Origin: an uncultured Thermoplasmata archaeon
Lineage (GTDB): Archaea > Thermoplasmatota > Thermoplasmata > Lutacidiplasmatales > UBA184
DNA: 64,000 nt
Direction of reading: 5' to 3'
Assembly: GCA_963804505.1 (NCBI GenBank)
Contig: CAWDQP010000010.1
Span: forward strand, 531,607-595,606
A model generated the notes under the pieces. The model was not told where the DNA came from, did no database searches, and saw only the letters and a list, made by a program, of their open reading frames with translations. The position numbers and the translations under genes are program-made. The stretch's first letter is position 1. Each line of letters starts with the position of its first letter. Positions 52,498-61,971 of this stretch are shown in pieces.

Positions 52498-54123
52498 CTA
52501 TCGCGCGCGGCGGTCGCCGGCGGCGCGGCGCAGCCCGATGTGCTTCACCCAGGCCGCCTTCGGACGCGGCCAATCCGACCGGTAGTGGGCGCCGCGACTC
52601 TCCGTCCGGCACGAGCGCCGCCCGAGCGATGAGCGAGGCGGTCAGCGCCGCGTTCGCGACCGGGCCCGGGCAGACGCGTCCGATCGGCCGGGCTCGACCC
52701 CTTCGGCGATCGCCTCGAACGCGCCGAGGGCCGAGCGCAGTCCCTCCGCCGAGCGTACGATGCCGACCTCCTCCCACAGCCGATTGCGCACCTCCTCGAC
52801 CGCCTCGGGTTCCTCCGAACGCCCGGCCCCTCTGGGCGGAGCGAGGTCCAACACGCGCTCGGGGGTCGGGGGGCCTCCCGGTGCGGGGTGGAGCAGCTGG
52901 CGCGCCACGCGCTCCCCGAAGACCAGGCCCTCGAGGAGGGAGTTGCTCGCGAGGCGGTTCGCTCCGTGGACCCCGGTCGCGGCCACCTCTCCGGCCGCGT
53001 AGAGCCCGCGGATCGAGGAGCGACCCTCCAGGTCCGTCGTGACGCCGCCGATCATGTAGTGGGCGACCGGGGCGACGGGGATTCGGTCGCGGGACGGGTC
53101 GAGCCCGTACGTGAGGAGGAACCGGCAGACGGACGGAAAACGAGCGTAGAGGCGGTCGCGGGGGATCTCCGTGGCGTCCAGGTAGACCATCGGATGGCCG
53201 GACCGCTGCGTTTCCCGGTCGATCGCGCGCGCGACGACGTCGCGGGGCGCGAGCTCGGCGTCCCGGTGCTGGCCGACCAGGAACCGCTCCCCCGCGTCGT
53301 TGCGCAGCACCGCGCCCTCGCCGCGGAGCGCCTCGGAGATCAGGAACCTCGGCGCCCCCTCGCGATAGAACGCCGTCGGGTGGAACTGGATGAACTCCAT
53401 GTCGCTGAGGAGCGCGCCCGCGCGGAACGCGATCGCGACGCCCTCGCCGGTGGCGACCGATGGGTTGGAGCTCTGGCGATAGAGGGCGCCGGCGCCCCCG
53501 GTCGCGAGCACGATCGGGCGCGCGTCCAGAACTTCCGTGCCCCGCCCCTCCGGATTCGCGACGGTCGCCTCGAGCCCGTCTCGCCCGCCGGCCGAAGGGC
53601 GCGCAGCACCCTGCGTTCGGTCATTTCGATCCCGGTGTCCACGGCGCGGTGGCGGAGGGTCTCCTCGATCGAGAGGCCCGTGGCGTCGCCGCCGGCGTGC
53701 AGAATGCGGGCCCGGGAATGGGCTCCTTCTCGGCCGAGCGCGATCCGGCCCTCCTCGGTATCGAACGGCACGCCGAGCCGAACCAGGTCGGCGATCCGGG
53801 CCGGCGCATCCCACGTCAGCGCCCGCGCCGCGGCGCGATCGACCAGCCCGTCGCCCGCACGGACCGTGTCTTCGAAGTGGAGGGCCCGGCTGATCGTCCG
53901 CACCGATCGCGGCGGCGATGCCGCCCTGCGCGTAGCGCGTGTTGGAGTCCTCGAGGCGCCCCTTGGTCAGGATCGTGGGGCGCAGCCCGAGCTCCCGCAA
54001 TCGCAGCGCAACGTAGAGCCCGGCGATCCCGCTCCCGATCACGAGCGGGTGGTGGGCGGGATCCTTCACGGCCCCGAGAGCGGAGGCGGGGGTATAGCCC
54101 CTTTCGACGCCCGGCGCCCTCAT
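52498..54123 (-). CDS. nadB: L-aspartate oxidase; about four to five frame breaks
   Basis: The pieces are VIGSGIAGL, NTRYAQGGIAAA, ATGGAG, SNPSVATGEGVA, MEFIQFHPT, HYMIGGV, YAAGEVA.TGVHGANRLASNSLLE and the C-terminal ESRGAHYRSDWP. The last is only readable after two further shifts and gives a stop at 52498. Confidence 0.8.
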
Positions 54124-54147
54124 CTCCCCCGAGCGGACTGGGCGGTC

Positions 54148-55520
54148 GTGCCGACCGCGGGACCGGGACTGACCGATCCGGACTGGCCCCGGTCGGTGGA
54201 GGTCCGGGACAATCCGGATCTCGCGCGGCAGCTGGTCGAACGCTACCGGCGGTCCGGCGCCCGCCGAAGCGTCAGCGTCACCGACCTGGTGGCCCTCCGT
54301 CGCGCATTCTGGCGACGGCGCGCCCCACCGCCTCCCCTGGCGCCCGAGCGGGCGGCGACGATGTCGCTGGGCCGAGCGTGGCACCGGGCCGTGGGGCAGG
54401 TACTCGGGAGCGAGGGATCGATGGAGGTTCGTCTGCGACGCGAGGGGATCTCGTGCCGGATCGATCTTCTCTCCGACGTGCCGGTCGAGATCAAAACCGG
54501 GACAGGGTCGCTGCCCGCCGACCTCAAGGTCGACCGCCCCGAACACGTCGAGCAGTTGGCGATGTACTGCGCGCTCACGGGCCAGCGGCCGGTCGCCTGA
54601 TCCACATCCTGCTGGCCGAGGGGCAAGCGAAGGGGGTGCGCGCGACCGACGTCGCGTTCGGCGACCTCGACCGGGTCACGCACGAAATGCGCGCGCGAGA
54701 AACGGCCCTCCGGACCGCGCTGAACGCTGGCGTCGGAACCGGACTTCCGCGGTGCCGGTGGTTCGGGCGCGGCTGTGAGTTCCAAGCGTGCGGAGCCTGC
54801 GATTGCCGAGGCGAGGAACCCGCCGATTCCGACGTCCTTCTCGACGAGGCCCGGTCGCTGACCGCACGACCGGATATTTCGGACCGGTGGCAACGGTTGC
54901 TCGGTGCCGTCGTCAGCGCCGGGGTGCCTGGCGTCGCCGCTCGGTTCCGGGATCTCGTCTACCCCCGCCGTACCTACTTCGAGCGGACGCGGAGCCAACC
55001 GCCGGAGGCCGAGCCGCCGCCGACCGTCTCCCCCTCCCGCGACCTGTACGACCGCCTCGCCGAATCCGTGGAGAACGGGCCGACCGGCGAAGTGCGGCAG
55101 CTCCCGTCCGACCCCGACAGCCCGGAGGAAGAGGTCGTCGGGTTCCGAGGCAAACCGTTCCTGCTTCGGACCTCCCGGGCGGGAGCGAGGATCCGACCCG
55201 CGGAGGCGGTCGCGCGCTTTCCGCAGTACGCTCTCGAGCTCGGGTTTCGGTGCGCGGCGTCCGGCACCGCGGAAGCCCACGTGATCCTGGCGTACGAGCG
55301 GGCCAACGACGACGCGGACCGCGTGCACGTCCTCGACTACCGGTTCCGCCCGGCGGCGACGTTCTCGATCCTCGCGAAGGAGAGGGCGCGGCAGCTCGCC
55401 GACGCCCTCGCCCGTGGGTCGCCGAACGATCTCGCACCGTGCCCGGGGTGGATGTTCTCCGACTGCCCTTACCGGGCGGAGTGCGGCTGCGGCGGCGACG
55501 GTCCGCGATCCCAGCGGTAG
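54148..55520 (+). CDS. Two-domain Cas4/RecB-like PD-(D/E)XK protein (active N-terminal copy plus degenerate C-terminal copy); one frame break near 54595
   Basis: Copy 1 has VTDLVALRRAFW, GRAWH, RIDLLSDVPVEIKT, QLAMYCAL and CRWFGRGCEFQACGACDC. Copy 2 has FRDLVYPRRTYF, FLLRTSR (no D/ExK), QYALELG and CPGWMFSDCPYRAECGC. The start codon is tentative. Confidence 0.55.
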
Positions 55521-56428
55521 ATCATCGCCGACGCCACCGCCCGGAACCCCGCCGACTCGTACAGGGCCAACGCGGGCCGGTTCGCGACCGTGACCCAGAG
55601 GCGGACCCGTTCGTAACCGTACGCCCAGAGCGCCCGGATGCCCCACTTCAGCAAGTAGCGGCCCAGACCCTTGCGCCGGCGCTCGGGGTCGACCAGCAGG
55701 TCGACGAACACCGCCCTTCGGGCCGTCTGCTCGGTCGTGAGGATCGCCCCCACGAGGCGAGGCGGCTCCATCTCGACCAGCGCGATCGAGGCTTCGTCCA
55801 GGAATCGACCCACCCGGCCCTCGAGCATCGAGGCGAGCACGCGTCGGTACTCGTCGATCCCCGAACCGATCACCAGCCCATCGACCGTGCCGTGGAAAGC
55901 GCGCCAATCGAGATCGACCAGGGCATCCAGGGTGACCGACCGGATCGGTACGAGCCGGGCCGTTCCGGCGGTGTCGGTGAGCCGTTCCCCGTCCGCGGGG
56001 GACAGCTCGCGCTCCATCGCCTGGCGTTCGATGACGGTCGACCCGGCCCGGTGCGCGAGCCGTGCCGCGACGGTTCGCTCCTCCGCGGGGGCGAGCCCTG
56101 TGAACCCGAGGTCGATCGAGGCGATCTCGGAAGGTAACCCGTCGAGAAGCCCCTCCGAAAGAGCCCGGGCGCGCTCGTCGGCCCCCGGGCCCCCGGTGGC
56201 GTGAACGTGCCCGTAGGCCGCGCCGCCCCGACGCGTGTAGAAGGCGAGACCCCCTCCGCCCGGATAGTAGAGGCCCGGCTTCGATCCGGCGCGCAGCTCG
56301 GAGGCGGAATCCTCGACCCACTCGCCGCTCGGGAGCTCGGCCCGGGCGAGCAGTTCGCGGCGGATCGCCTGGAGGAGTTCCTCGAGTTCCTCGCGGGGAG
56401 CGCCGGTGGCCGTGCGCGGAGGCTCCAC
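55469..56428 (-). CDS. GNAT family N-acetyltransferase (two-domain)
   Basis: Intact 319-aa ORF. The C-terminal acetyl-CoA motif is LLVDPERRRKGLGRYLL..LWVTVANRPALALYESAGF. Confidence 0.65.
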   Translation of the reverse strand: MEPPRTATGAPREELEELLQAIRRELLARAELPSGEWVEDSASELRAGSKPGLYYPGGGGLAFYTRRGGAAYGHVHATGGPGADERARALSEGLLDGLPSEIASIDLGFTGLAPAEERTVAARLAHRAGSTVIERQAMERELSPADGERLTDTAGTARLVPIRSVTLDALVDLDWRAFHGTVDGLVIGSGIDEYRRVLASMLEGRVGRFLDEASIALVEMEPPRLVGAILTTEQTARRAVFVDLLVDPERRRKGLGRYLLKWGIRALWAYGYERVRLWVTVANRPALALYESAGFRAVASAMIYRWDRGPSPPQPHSAR

Positions 56429-56438
56429 GGGCCGGCCC

Positions 56439-57313
56439 CTACTTCGAGGCGAGCTCGCGGATGAGGATCTGGGCGATGTCCGGGGCGACGGACGCCTTCT
56501 CGGCGGGGTTCTCGAGCGTGTCGGTGGAGTAGACCTCGTCCGTGACGGCCTTGATCCGCTCGAAGGCGTCGCGCAGGAAGAGACCGTGCGTGCACGCCAC
56601 GCTCGTCGCGCCCACCCCGTGGCGCTTCAGCAGCTTCGCCGCCTCCACGATCGTCCCCCGGTCGTGATCACGTCGTCGATCAGCGCGACGTGCTTGCCCG
56701 AGAACGCGGGGTACTCGACGGGGAGGCTGAGCTCGACCTTGTCGCTGTCGATCCGTTTCTTCTCGAGGGCGAACCACGGCCGGTCCAGGAGCTGGGCCAT
56801 GCGTCGCACGCGCTCGACACCCCCCTTGTCGGGGGAAACCAGGAGGTCGATCGGGCGCTCGCGCAGCAGGCGGGCGAGCGCCGGGATCCCGCTCGCCTCG
56901 AACGCCGGCTTCGAGAAATGGCCGAGGGTCGTCGGCGAGTGGAGGTCGACGGTGATGACCGCGTCCGCGTCCAACTCCACATGGCGGGAGAGCGACCGCG
57001 CGCTGACGGGTTCGCCAGGGAAGAACCGGCGGTCCTGGCGGGCGTAGCCGAAGTACGGGACGACGACGAACGTGCGTCGCGCGCCGGCCTCGTGGACCGC
57101 GTCCTCGAGGAGGAGCAGCTCCAGGAGGTCCTCGTCGCGCGGGGTCGATTGCACCACCACGACGTCGTCCCCCTCGAGGCGACCGCCGATCCGGATGTAC
57201 ATTTCTCCGTCCGGGAACCGCTTCACGAACGGGATCCCGAACGGCGCGTTGCCCAGCTCGCGCGAGATCCGTTCGGCGAGGGCGGTCGACGCCGTACCTC
57301 CGATAACGTGCAC
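56439..57313 (-). CDS. prs: Ribose-phosphate pyrophosphokinase; one frame break near 56665
   Basis: FPDGEMYIRI, VVVPYFGYARQDRRF, TVDLHS and VSPDKGG lie in ORF 56627..57313. IDDVITTGGTIVEAA and ACTHGLF lie in ORF 56439..56777. Confidence 0.85.
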
Positions 57314-57395
57314 GTCGGCGGCCCCCCTCGGTCCGGACCGGGCCGGCGGTTAAAGGTTGGCGGACCGTGGAGGGGCCCGGACCACCGGTCGCGGC

Positions 57396-58731
57396 CTACA
57401 GGTCCTCGTCGCCTTCGTCCGGATCCTTCGTCGCCCGGTCGGCGCGCGTGCGGGCGGGGCCGTTCTCGATGGCTCACGAAATGTGATCGCCTCGCTTCGT
57501 CGTACGTCGGTCGCCGGCGCACGGGCTTCGGCGGGGGGGCGGCGCGTGTGGGCTCCGACTCCGGCTTCCAGGGCCGCACGGCGGTCGTGAACCGCGGAGG
57601 TCGGGGCGCTTCTTCGTCCTCTTCTTCCTCGGGCTCCGCGGACCGTCTCTCCGCCTCCTCGCGCTTTCGCAAGCGGCTCTCGACGCCCTCCCGACGCAGC
57701 AGGTAGTGGATCCCGAGCGCCAGGAACAGCACGGCGGCGATGGTCAGCCCGAGGAACTCCCACGACTGGGACGGCACGAGGCCGGCGTCGCCTTCGAACG
57801 AGAGCTTGATCGCTCCGAACCACGGGATCATCCCGCGGGCCACGCCGATGATCCAGGACGATTTCACGAGGGAGCTGATCTTCGCGCCTGTCCCATTGAG
57901 CCCGATGGACTGGTCGAACGAAGCCGAGTTGTTGTCTCCGAGGGTCAGGAATCCGGAATGTGTGCCCAGGCCCGGCGAATCGAGGTCGATCACAAGGTGG
58001 ACGGACGACTGACCGACGTGGTAGAGTTCGATCGTATCCGCCAGTCGTCAGTCCCACGAGTCCGCAGTTGCCGGAGGTCCCGGGTGTGTAGTACGACACC
58101 GAGGAGGACGAGTCCGCGCAGAGGAGACCCCCGAGGTCGGTCGCGTTGTACGTGCTGTTCCCCGGGTTCCACTGGAGGAAGAAGATCGCCCGATGGATGA
58201 TCGGGGTCTGCGATGTCTGGCCGTACGGATAGTAGAGGAGCACGTCCCCCGGTTCCCCGTACGTCGAGAAGCCGGTCTGCACCCCTATCACGTACGGGAC
58301 GATCGAGTCGAGGGAGACCTTCTGGGCGAGGACGATGTCGCCGGCGTTGAGGAAGCCGACGTGGTCGCCGGACCCGTGTTGCATGCTGTTCGATTCGATC
58401 GCGTACACGGGCGGCCAGTTCGCCGTGTAGGCGTAGAGCGAGACGAGCAGGACCGCCACGATCGCGAGCGCCACGAGCGGTTCGAAGAACAGCGAGTCCC
58501 GGGCCCGCCAGTCCACCGGCCACTTCCGGTCCCGCGGTCGTCGCCGGGTAGGTCGAGGTCGTCCGCGTCCGTATCGTCCGGGTCCCAGCCGCGCACGGGC
58601 GCGGACCGGACGCTGGAGCCGCCGCTGCGGCGGGCGCGACGCGGGAGGCGCGACCGCTCCGGCTCGTCGTCCCCGAGGTCCAGGTCGCCGAGAGCCTCGT
58701 CGTCGGGGGGCGGCCGAGGCGAGGGGGTCAT
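57396..58731 (-). CDS. Type I signal peptidase (S26/Sec11-like) with a large insertion, C-terminal TM and charged tails; about four frame breaks
   Basis: The N-terminus is acidic, followed by the TM LVALAIVAVLLVSLYAY. The catalytic-type boxes are AIESNSMQHG, GDIVLAQKV, IIHRAI and LGDNN. The second TM is FLGLTIAAVLFLALGIHYLL, followed by an E/R-rich tail ending PDEGDEDL. Confidence 0.6.
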
Positions 58732-58867
58732 GGTGCCGACGTTCCGGTCCGCTCCCCTTAACCCTTGAGGTCAAAACGCACGGGGAGCGTCCGGGCCCTC
58801 GAGAGCGGACCAATCCTTAAACCGTAGGGCGACACCGTTCCCCTTCGAAGGGTCGAGGAGCGCGACA

Positions 58868-59497
58868 ATGGACCGGATCGACGTTTCCATGCCGCTGTTC
58901 GAGGGGATGCCGGCGTTCCCCGGCGACCCGGCGTTCCGCAGCCGCCCCGAGCGGCGGATCGACCGGGGTGACCCCTACAACCTCTCCTCGCTCGCCCTGG
59001 GCTCGCATGCCGGCACGCACGTTGACCCACCCCGTCACTTTGCGGTGGGCGCGCCGGGTGCCGACCGGCTCGATCTCGAGGCTCTCAACGGACCCTGCCG
59101 CGTCCTGTCGGTCCCCGAGGATCGGACCCTCGTGGGTCCGTCCGAGGTCCGGTCCATTCCACCGGGCACGGCCCGTGTCCTTCTCAAGACCGCCAACTCG
59201 CGACGTTGGGCTGACCGTCTCGAGTTCTTCGAGGATTTTGTCGGGCTGACGGTGGACGGGGCCGCCGCTCTGAGGGAACGCGGGGCGCGGCTCGTGGGCA
59301 TCGATTCGCTCTCGGTCGAGTCGGACCCCGCGGGGAACTTCCCCGTGCACCGCGACCTACTCGGCCACGGCGTGCTCATCCTGGAAGGACTCCTCCTGGC
59401 GGATGTCCCCCCGGGCGAGTATCGCCTCGACTGCCTACCGCTGCGGCTTCGGGACGGCGACGGCGGACCCGCGCGCGCGGTCCTGAGCCGCCCGTAG
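58868..59497 (+). CDS. Cyclase family protein / kynurenine (aryl)formamidase-like
   Basis: Intact 209-aa ORF with SHAGTHVDPPRHF, GIDSLSVE and VHRDLLGHGVLILEGL. A GAGGAG lies 9 nt upstream of the ATG. Confidence 0.7.
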   Translation: MDRIDVSMPLFEGMPAFPGDPAFRSRPERRIDRGDPYNLSSLALGSHAGTHVDPPRHFAVGAPGADRLDLEALNGPCRVLSVPEDRTLVGPSEVRSIPPGTARVLLKTANSRRWADRLEFFEDFVGLTVDGAAALRERGARLVGIDSLSVESDPAGNFPVHRDLLGHGVLILEGLLLADVPPGEYRLDCLPLRLRDGDGGPARAVLSRP

Positions 59498-59507
59498 GAC
59501 CCCGGGC

Positions 59508-59930
59508 GTGCTCGCCGCTCCGGGTCCCGGACCGAACCCGCTCTCCCTCTCGACGCCCGGATTCTACGTCCTCGTCGCCACGCTGGTACTGTTCGTAGCG
59601 ATGCTGTTCGTCCTCCGAACCTACTACCCCAACCGAAAGCGGGGACTGGAGGGTTACCTGGAGGCCGCCGGGGTAAGCCTCGGTTTCCTGGTCGTCTCGG
59701 TGGTCGTGGTCGTGGCGATCGCACTCCACGATCCCGACGGCAATCGCACTTCCTACGCGCTCTTCGAGGCGATCATCAGCGGCTACTGGCTGGCCGTTGC
59801 GATCCCGGTCGTCACCGTCGGCAGTTCGGTGCAGGCCCGGTCGCGCGGAACGATCCGTTGGCTCCTCCCGTCGATGATCGTGGCGGCGGTCGTCTTTCTC
59901 GGAGTGTTCGCGTACTGTTCTGCCGCCTAG
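59508..59930 (+). CDS. Hypothetical membrane protein (four predicted TM helices)
   Basis: Intact 140-aa hydrophobic ORF. No family is recognised. Confidence 0.4.
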   Translation: MLAAPGPGPNPLSLSTPGFYVLVATLVLFVAMLFVLRTYYPNRKRGLEGYLEAAGVSLGFLVVSVVVVVAIALHDPDGNRTSYALFEAIISGYWLAVAIPVVTVGSSVQARSRGTIRWLLPSMIVAAVVFLGVFAYCSAA

Positions 59931-59971
59931 CGAGGCGGCGAACGGGACAGGGCGCGAGGGACGGCGTCGGC

Positions 59972-60154
59972 CTAGTCGCGCTCGTCCGGGGGCAGCAGGT
60001 CGGGGATCCCGTCGTCGATCGGGTAGCTCACGGCGCAGTGCGCGCAGCCGAGCGTGCCGATGACGATCTCCTCTCCCTCCTTCGAGCCGACGGTCAGCGC
60101 GAGCTCGCCCCGGCAGACCGGGCAGCGAAGGATGTCGAGCAGGTCCGGCCTCAT
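59972..60154 (-). CDS. trm112: Trm112-family zinc-ribbon protein
   Basis: The 60-aa product is LLDILRCPVCRGEL....LGCAHCAVSYPIDDGIPDLL, the typical Trm112/UPF0434 pattern. There is a 4-nt overlap with the aIF2-gamma gene. Confidence 0.7.
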   Translation of the reverse strand: MRPDLLDILRCPVCRGELALTVGSKEGEEIVIGTLGCAHCAVSYPIDDGIPDLLPPDERD

Positions 60155-61386
60155 TTCCCGCCGCCCTCGACGATCCCGTATCCGATGAGCCGCCAGGCAT
60201 TGATCTTCCGCGAGATCGCGACGCGGCTCCCGGGAAAGACCGTCACCGGGCGCGCGAGCGACAGCTCGACCTCGTCCCCGCGCGCGCTCGTGACCTTGCC
60301 GGGGGCGATCGTCGTGCCGACGGTCACCGCGAGCAGCTCGCTGGTCCGGATCTTCTCGACCTTGATCTCCCGCTGGGCGCCCAGGACGCGGTCGAGGAGC
60401 GTCGCGCGCAGGCGGATCTTCTGGCTGACGGGCGGGAGCGTTCCCGCCGTCCCGATGAGCCGTCCGGTAAGGCCGTCGCCCTTTGCGAGCGACGGGTCCA
60501 GGGTCGTTCCCACCGCCCCGAGCCCGCCGGGGCGCAGCTCGTCGCGGGCCTCACCGCCCGACACGATCGAAGTGACCTTCGTCGTCAACGCTTCCGCGCG
60601 TCCGTCCCCCGCGCCCACGACGCCGGGCCGGATCTCGATCTCCTCGCCCATCTCGAGCCGTCCCTGGAGGAGCGAACCGCCGAGGACCCCGCCCTTGAGG
60701 TCCTTGGGCCGCGTCCCGGGCCGGTTCACGTCGAAGGAGCGCGCCACGTACATCAGCGGCGGCTTCTTCGGGTCGCGGACGGGCGTCGGGATCGTCTCCT
60801 CGATCGCTCCGATGAGCGAATCGATCCCCGCCTTGTGGTTCGCACTGATCGGGACGACCGGGGCCTTCGCGATCGGCGTGTCCTTCAGGAACTCCTCGAT
60901 CTCGTGGTAACTCTTCTCCGCGTCCTCGGCGGAGAGGAGGTCGACCTTGTTCTGGACGACCACGACGTTCCGAACCCCGATGATGTCGAGCGCGTAGAGG
61001 TGTTCCCGGGTCTGCGGCTGAGGGGTGTGCTCGTTCGCCGCGATCAACAGGAGCGCGCCGTCCATGATCGCGGCTCCCGAGAGCATGGTCGCCATCAGGG
61101 TCTCGTGGCCCGGCGCGTCCACAAACGAGATCGCGCGCAGGAACTTCGCCTTCCCGCCGCAGTTGGGGCAGACCGGCTCGACGGAGTAGCCCGTCGGTTT
61201 CGGGCACTTGGGGCACTCGTAGAATGCCGCGTCGGCGTACCCGAGCTTGATCGAGATCCCGCGCTTCAACTCCTCGGAGTGACGGTCGGTCCATTCGCCC
61301 GTGAGGGCCTGGGTGAGGGTCGTCTTCCCGTGGTCGACGTGCCCCACCAGTCCGATGTTCACTTCGGGTTGGCGCGGTACCTTCAT
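60151..61386 (-). CDS. eif2g: Translation initiation factor 2 subunit gamma
   Basis: Intact 411-aa ORF with GLVGHVDHGKTTL, a zinc knuckle CPKC..CPNCG, DAPGHE and QNKVDL. Confidence 0.95.
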   Translation of the reverse strand: MKVPRQPEVNIGLVGHVDHGKTTLTQALTGEWTDRHSEELKRGISIKLGYADAAFYECPKCPKPTGYSVEPVCPNCGGKAKFLRAISFVDAPGHETLMATMLSGAAIMDGALLLIAANEHTPQPQTREHLYALDIIGVRNVVVVQNKVDLLSAEDAEKSYHEIEEFLKDTPIAKAPVVPISANHKAGIDSLIGAIEETIPTPVRDPKKPPLMYVARSFDVNRPGTRPKDLKGGVLGGSLLQGRLEMGEEIEIRPGVVGAGDGRAEALTTKVTSIVSGGEARDELRPGGLGAVGTTLDPSLAKGDGLTGRLIGTAGTLPPVSQKIRLRATLLDRVLGAQREIKVEKIRTSELLAVTVGTTIAPGKVTSARGDEVELSLARPVTVFPGSRVAISRKINAWRLIGYGIVEGGGK

Positions 61387-61760
61387 GTCGCGGCGAACAG
61401 CTCCGCGAGGGGCTTGGGTCCCTTCTGGTCGACGACGAGATTGATCTGGACCGTCTCCTCGCTGATCGTGTTGCCGCGGAACGTGCGTCGCCGGCGCATC
61501 CCCTCGCGGGGGGCGTGGAAGCCGAACCCGTCGCCTACGTAGAGGCGGGTCTGTCGAGCACCCGGGAGGTCCGGGCGCAACGGAAATCCGCTTTTGTCGG
61601 TCCCGCCCGTGATACGGAACGTGTAGCCGCCCGCTCCGAGGAGTTCTCCGCCGACCGACTCACCGATCCGCTTTCCCAGGAACCCGGCCGACTGCGGGTC
61701 GCCGACGGTCCGCGCGATCGACTTCTCCTTTTCGGAGATAACGAGCTTGAATTCGGCCAT
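61383..61760 (-). CDS. rps6e: 30S ribosomal protein S6e
   Basis: Intact 125-aa ORF with FKLVISEKE..GGTDKSGFPLRPDLPG..GMRRRRTFRGN. Confidence 0.9.
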   Translation of the reverse strand: MAEFKLVISEKEKSIARTVGDPQSAGFLGKRIGESVGGELLGAGGYTFRITGGTDKSGFPLRPDLPGARQTRLYVGDGFGFHAPREGMRRRRTFRGNTISEETVQINLVVDQKGPKPLAELFAAT

Positions 61761-61798
61761 CCGCTCCCCGTGGTGCGAAGGCGCGCGAGGTAGGTGGG

Positions 61799-61806
61799 TT
61801 TAAAAG
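61799..61806 (-). promoter_or_regulatory. TATA box for the rps6e-eif2g-trm112 operon
   Basis: TTTAAAAG (CTTTTAAA on the minus strand) lies ~42 nt upstream of the ATG at 61760. A GGGGAG Shine-Dalgarno-like box lies 4 nt before the ATG. Confidence 0.5.
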
Positions 61807-61971
61807 CGTTTTCGAGAGGCCTGCGCCGTCGCGGGGCCCGGTGGGAGGTGCGGCTGCGGCCGACGCGATCGGGCCGTGCGTCCGTCCGGTGGTCCGCGCC
61901 GCGCCGATTCCAGCGCGGCCCTGCCCTTATGAACGTCGAGCTTCGTCGACCGTTGCGGTGAGGCGCCGAAC

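Noticed and set aside
61929-61961. A ten-codon ORF (MNVELRRPLR) between the rps6e promoter and the A24 peptidase start, as a possible leader peptide.
   Set aside because: It is too short and unconserved-looking to support. The A24 N-terminus with its catalytic Asp context starts at the GTG at 61972, in another frame.
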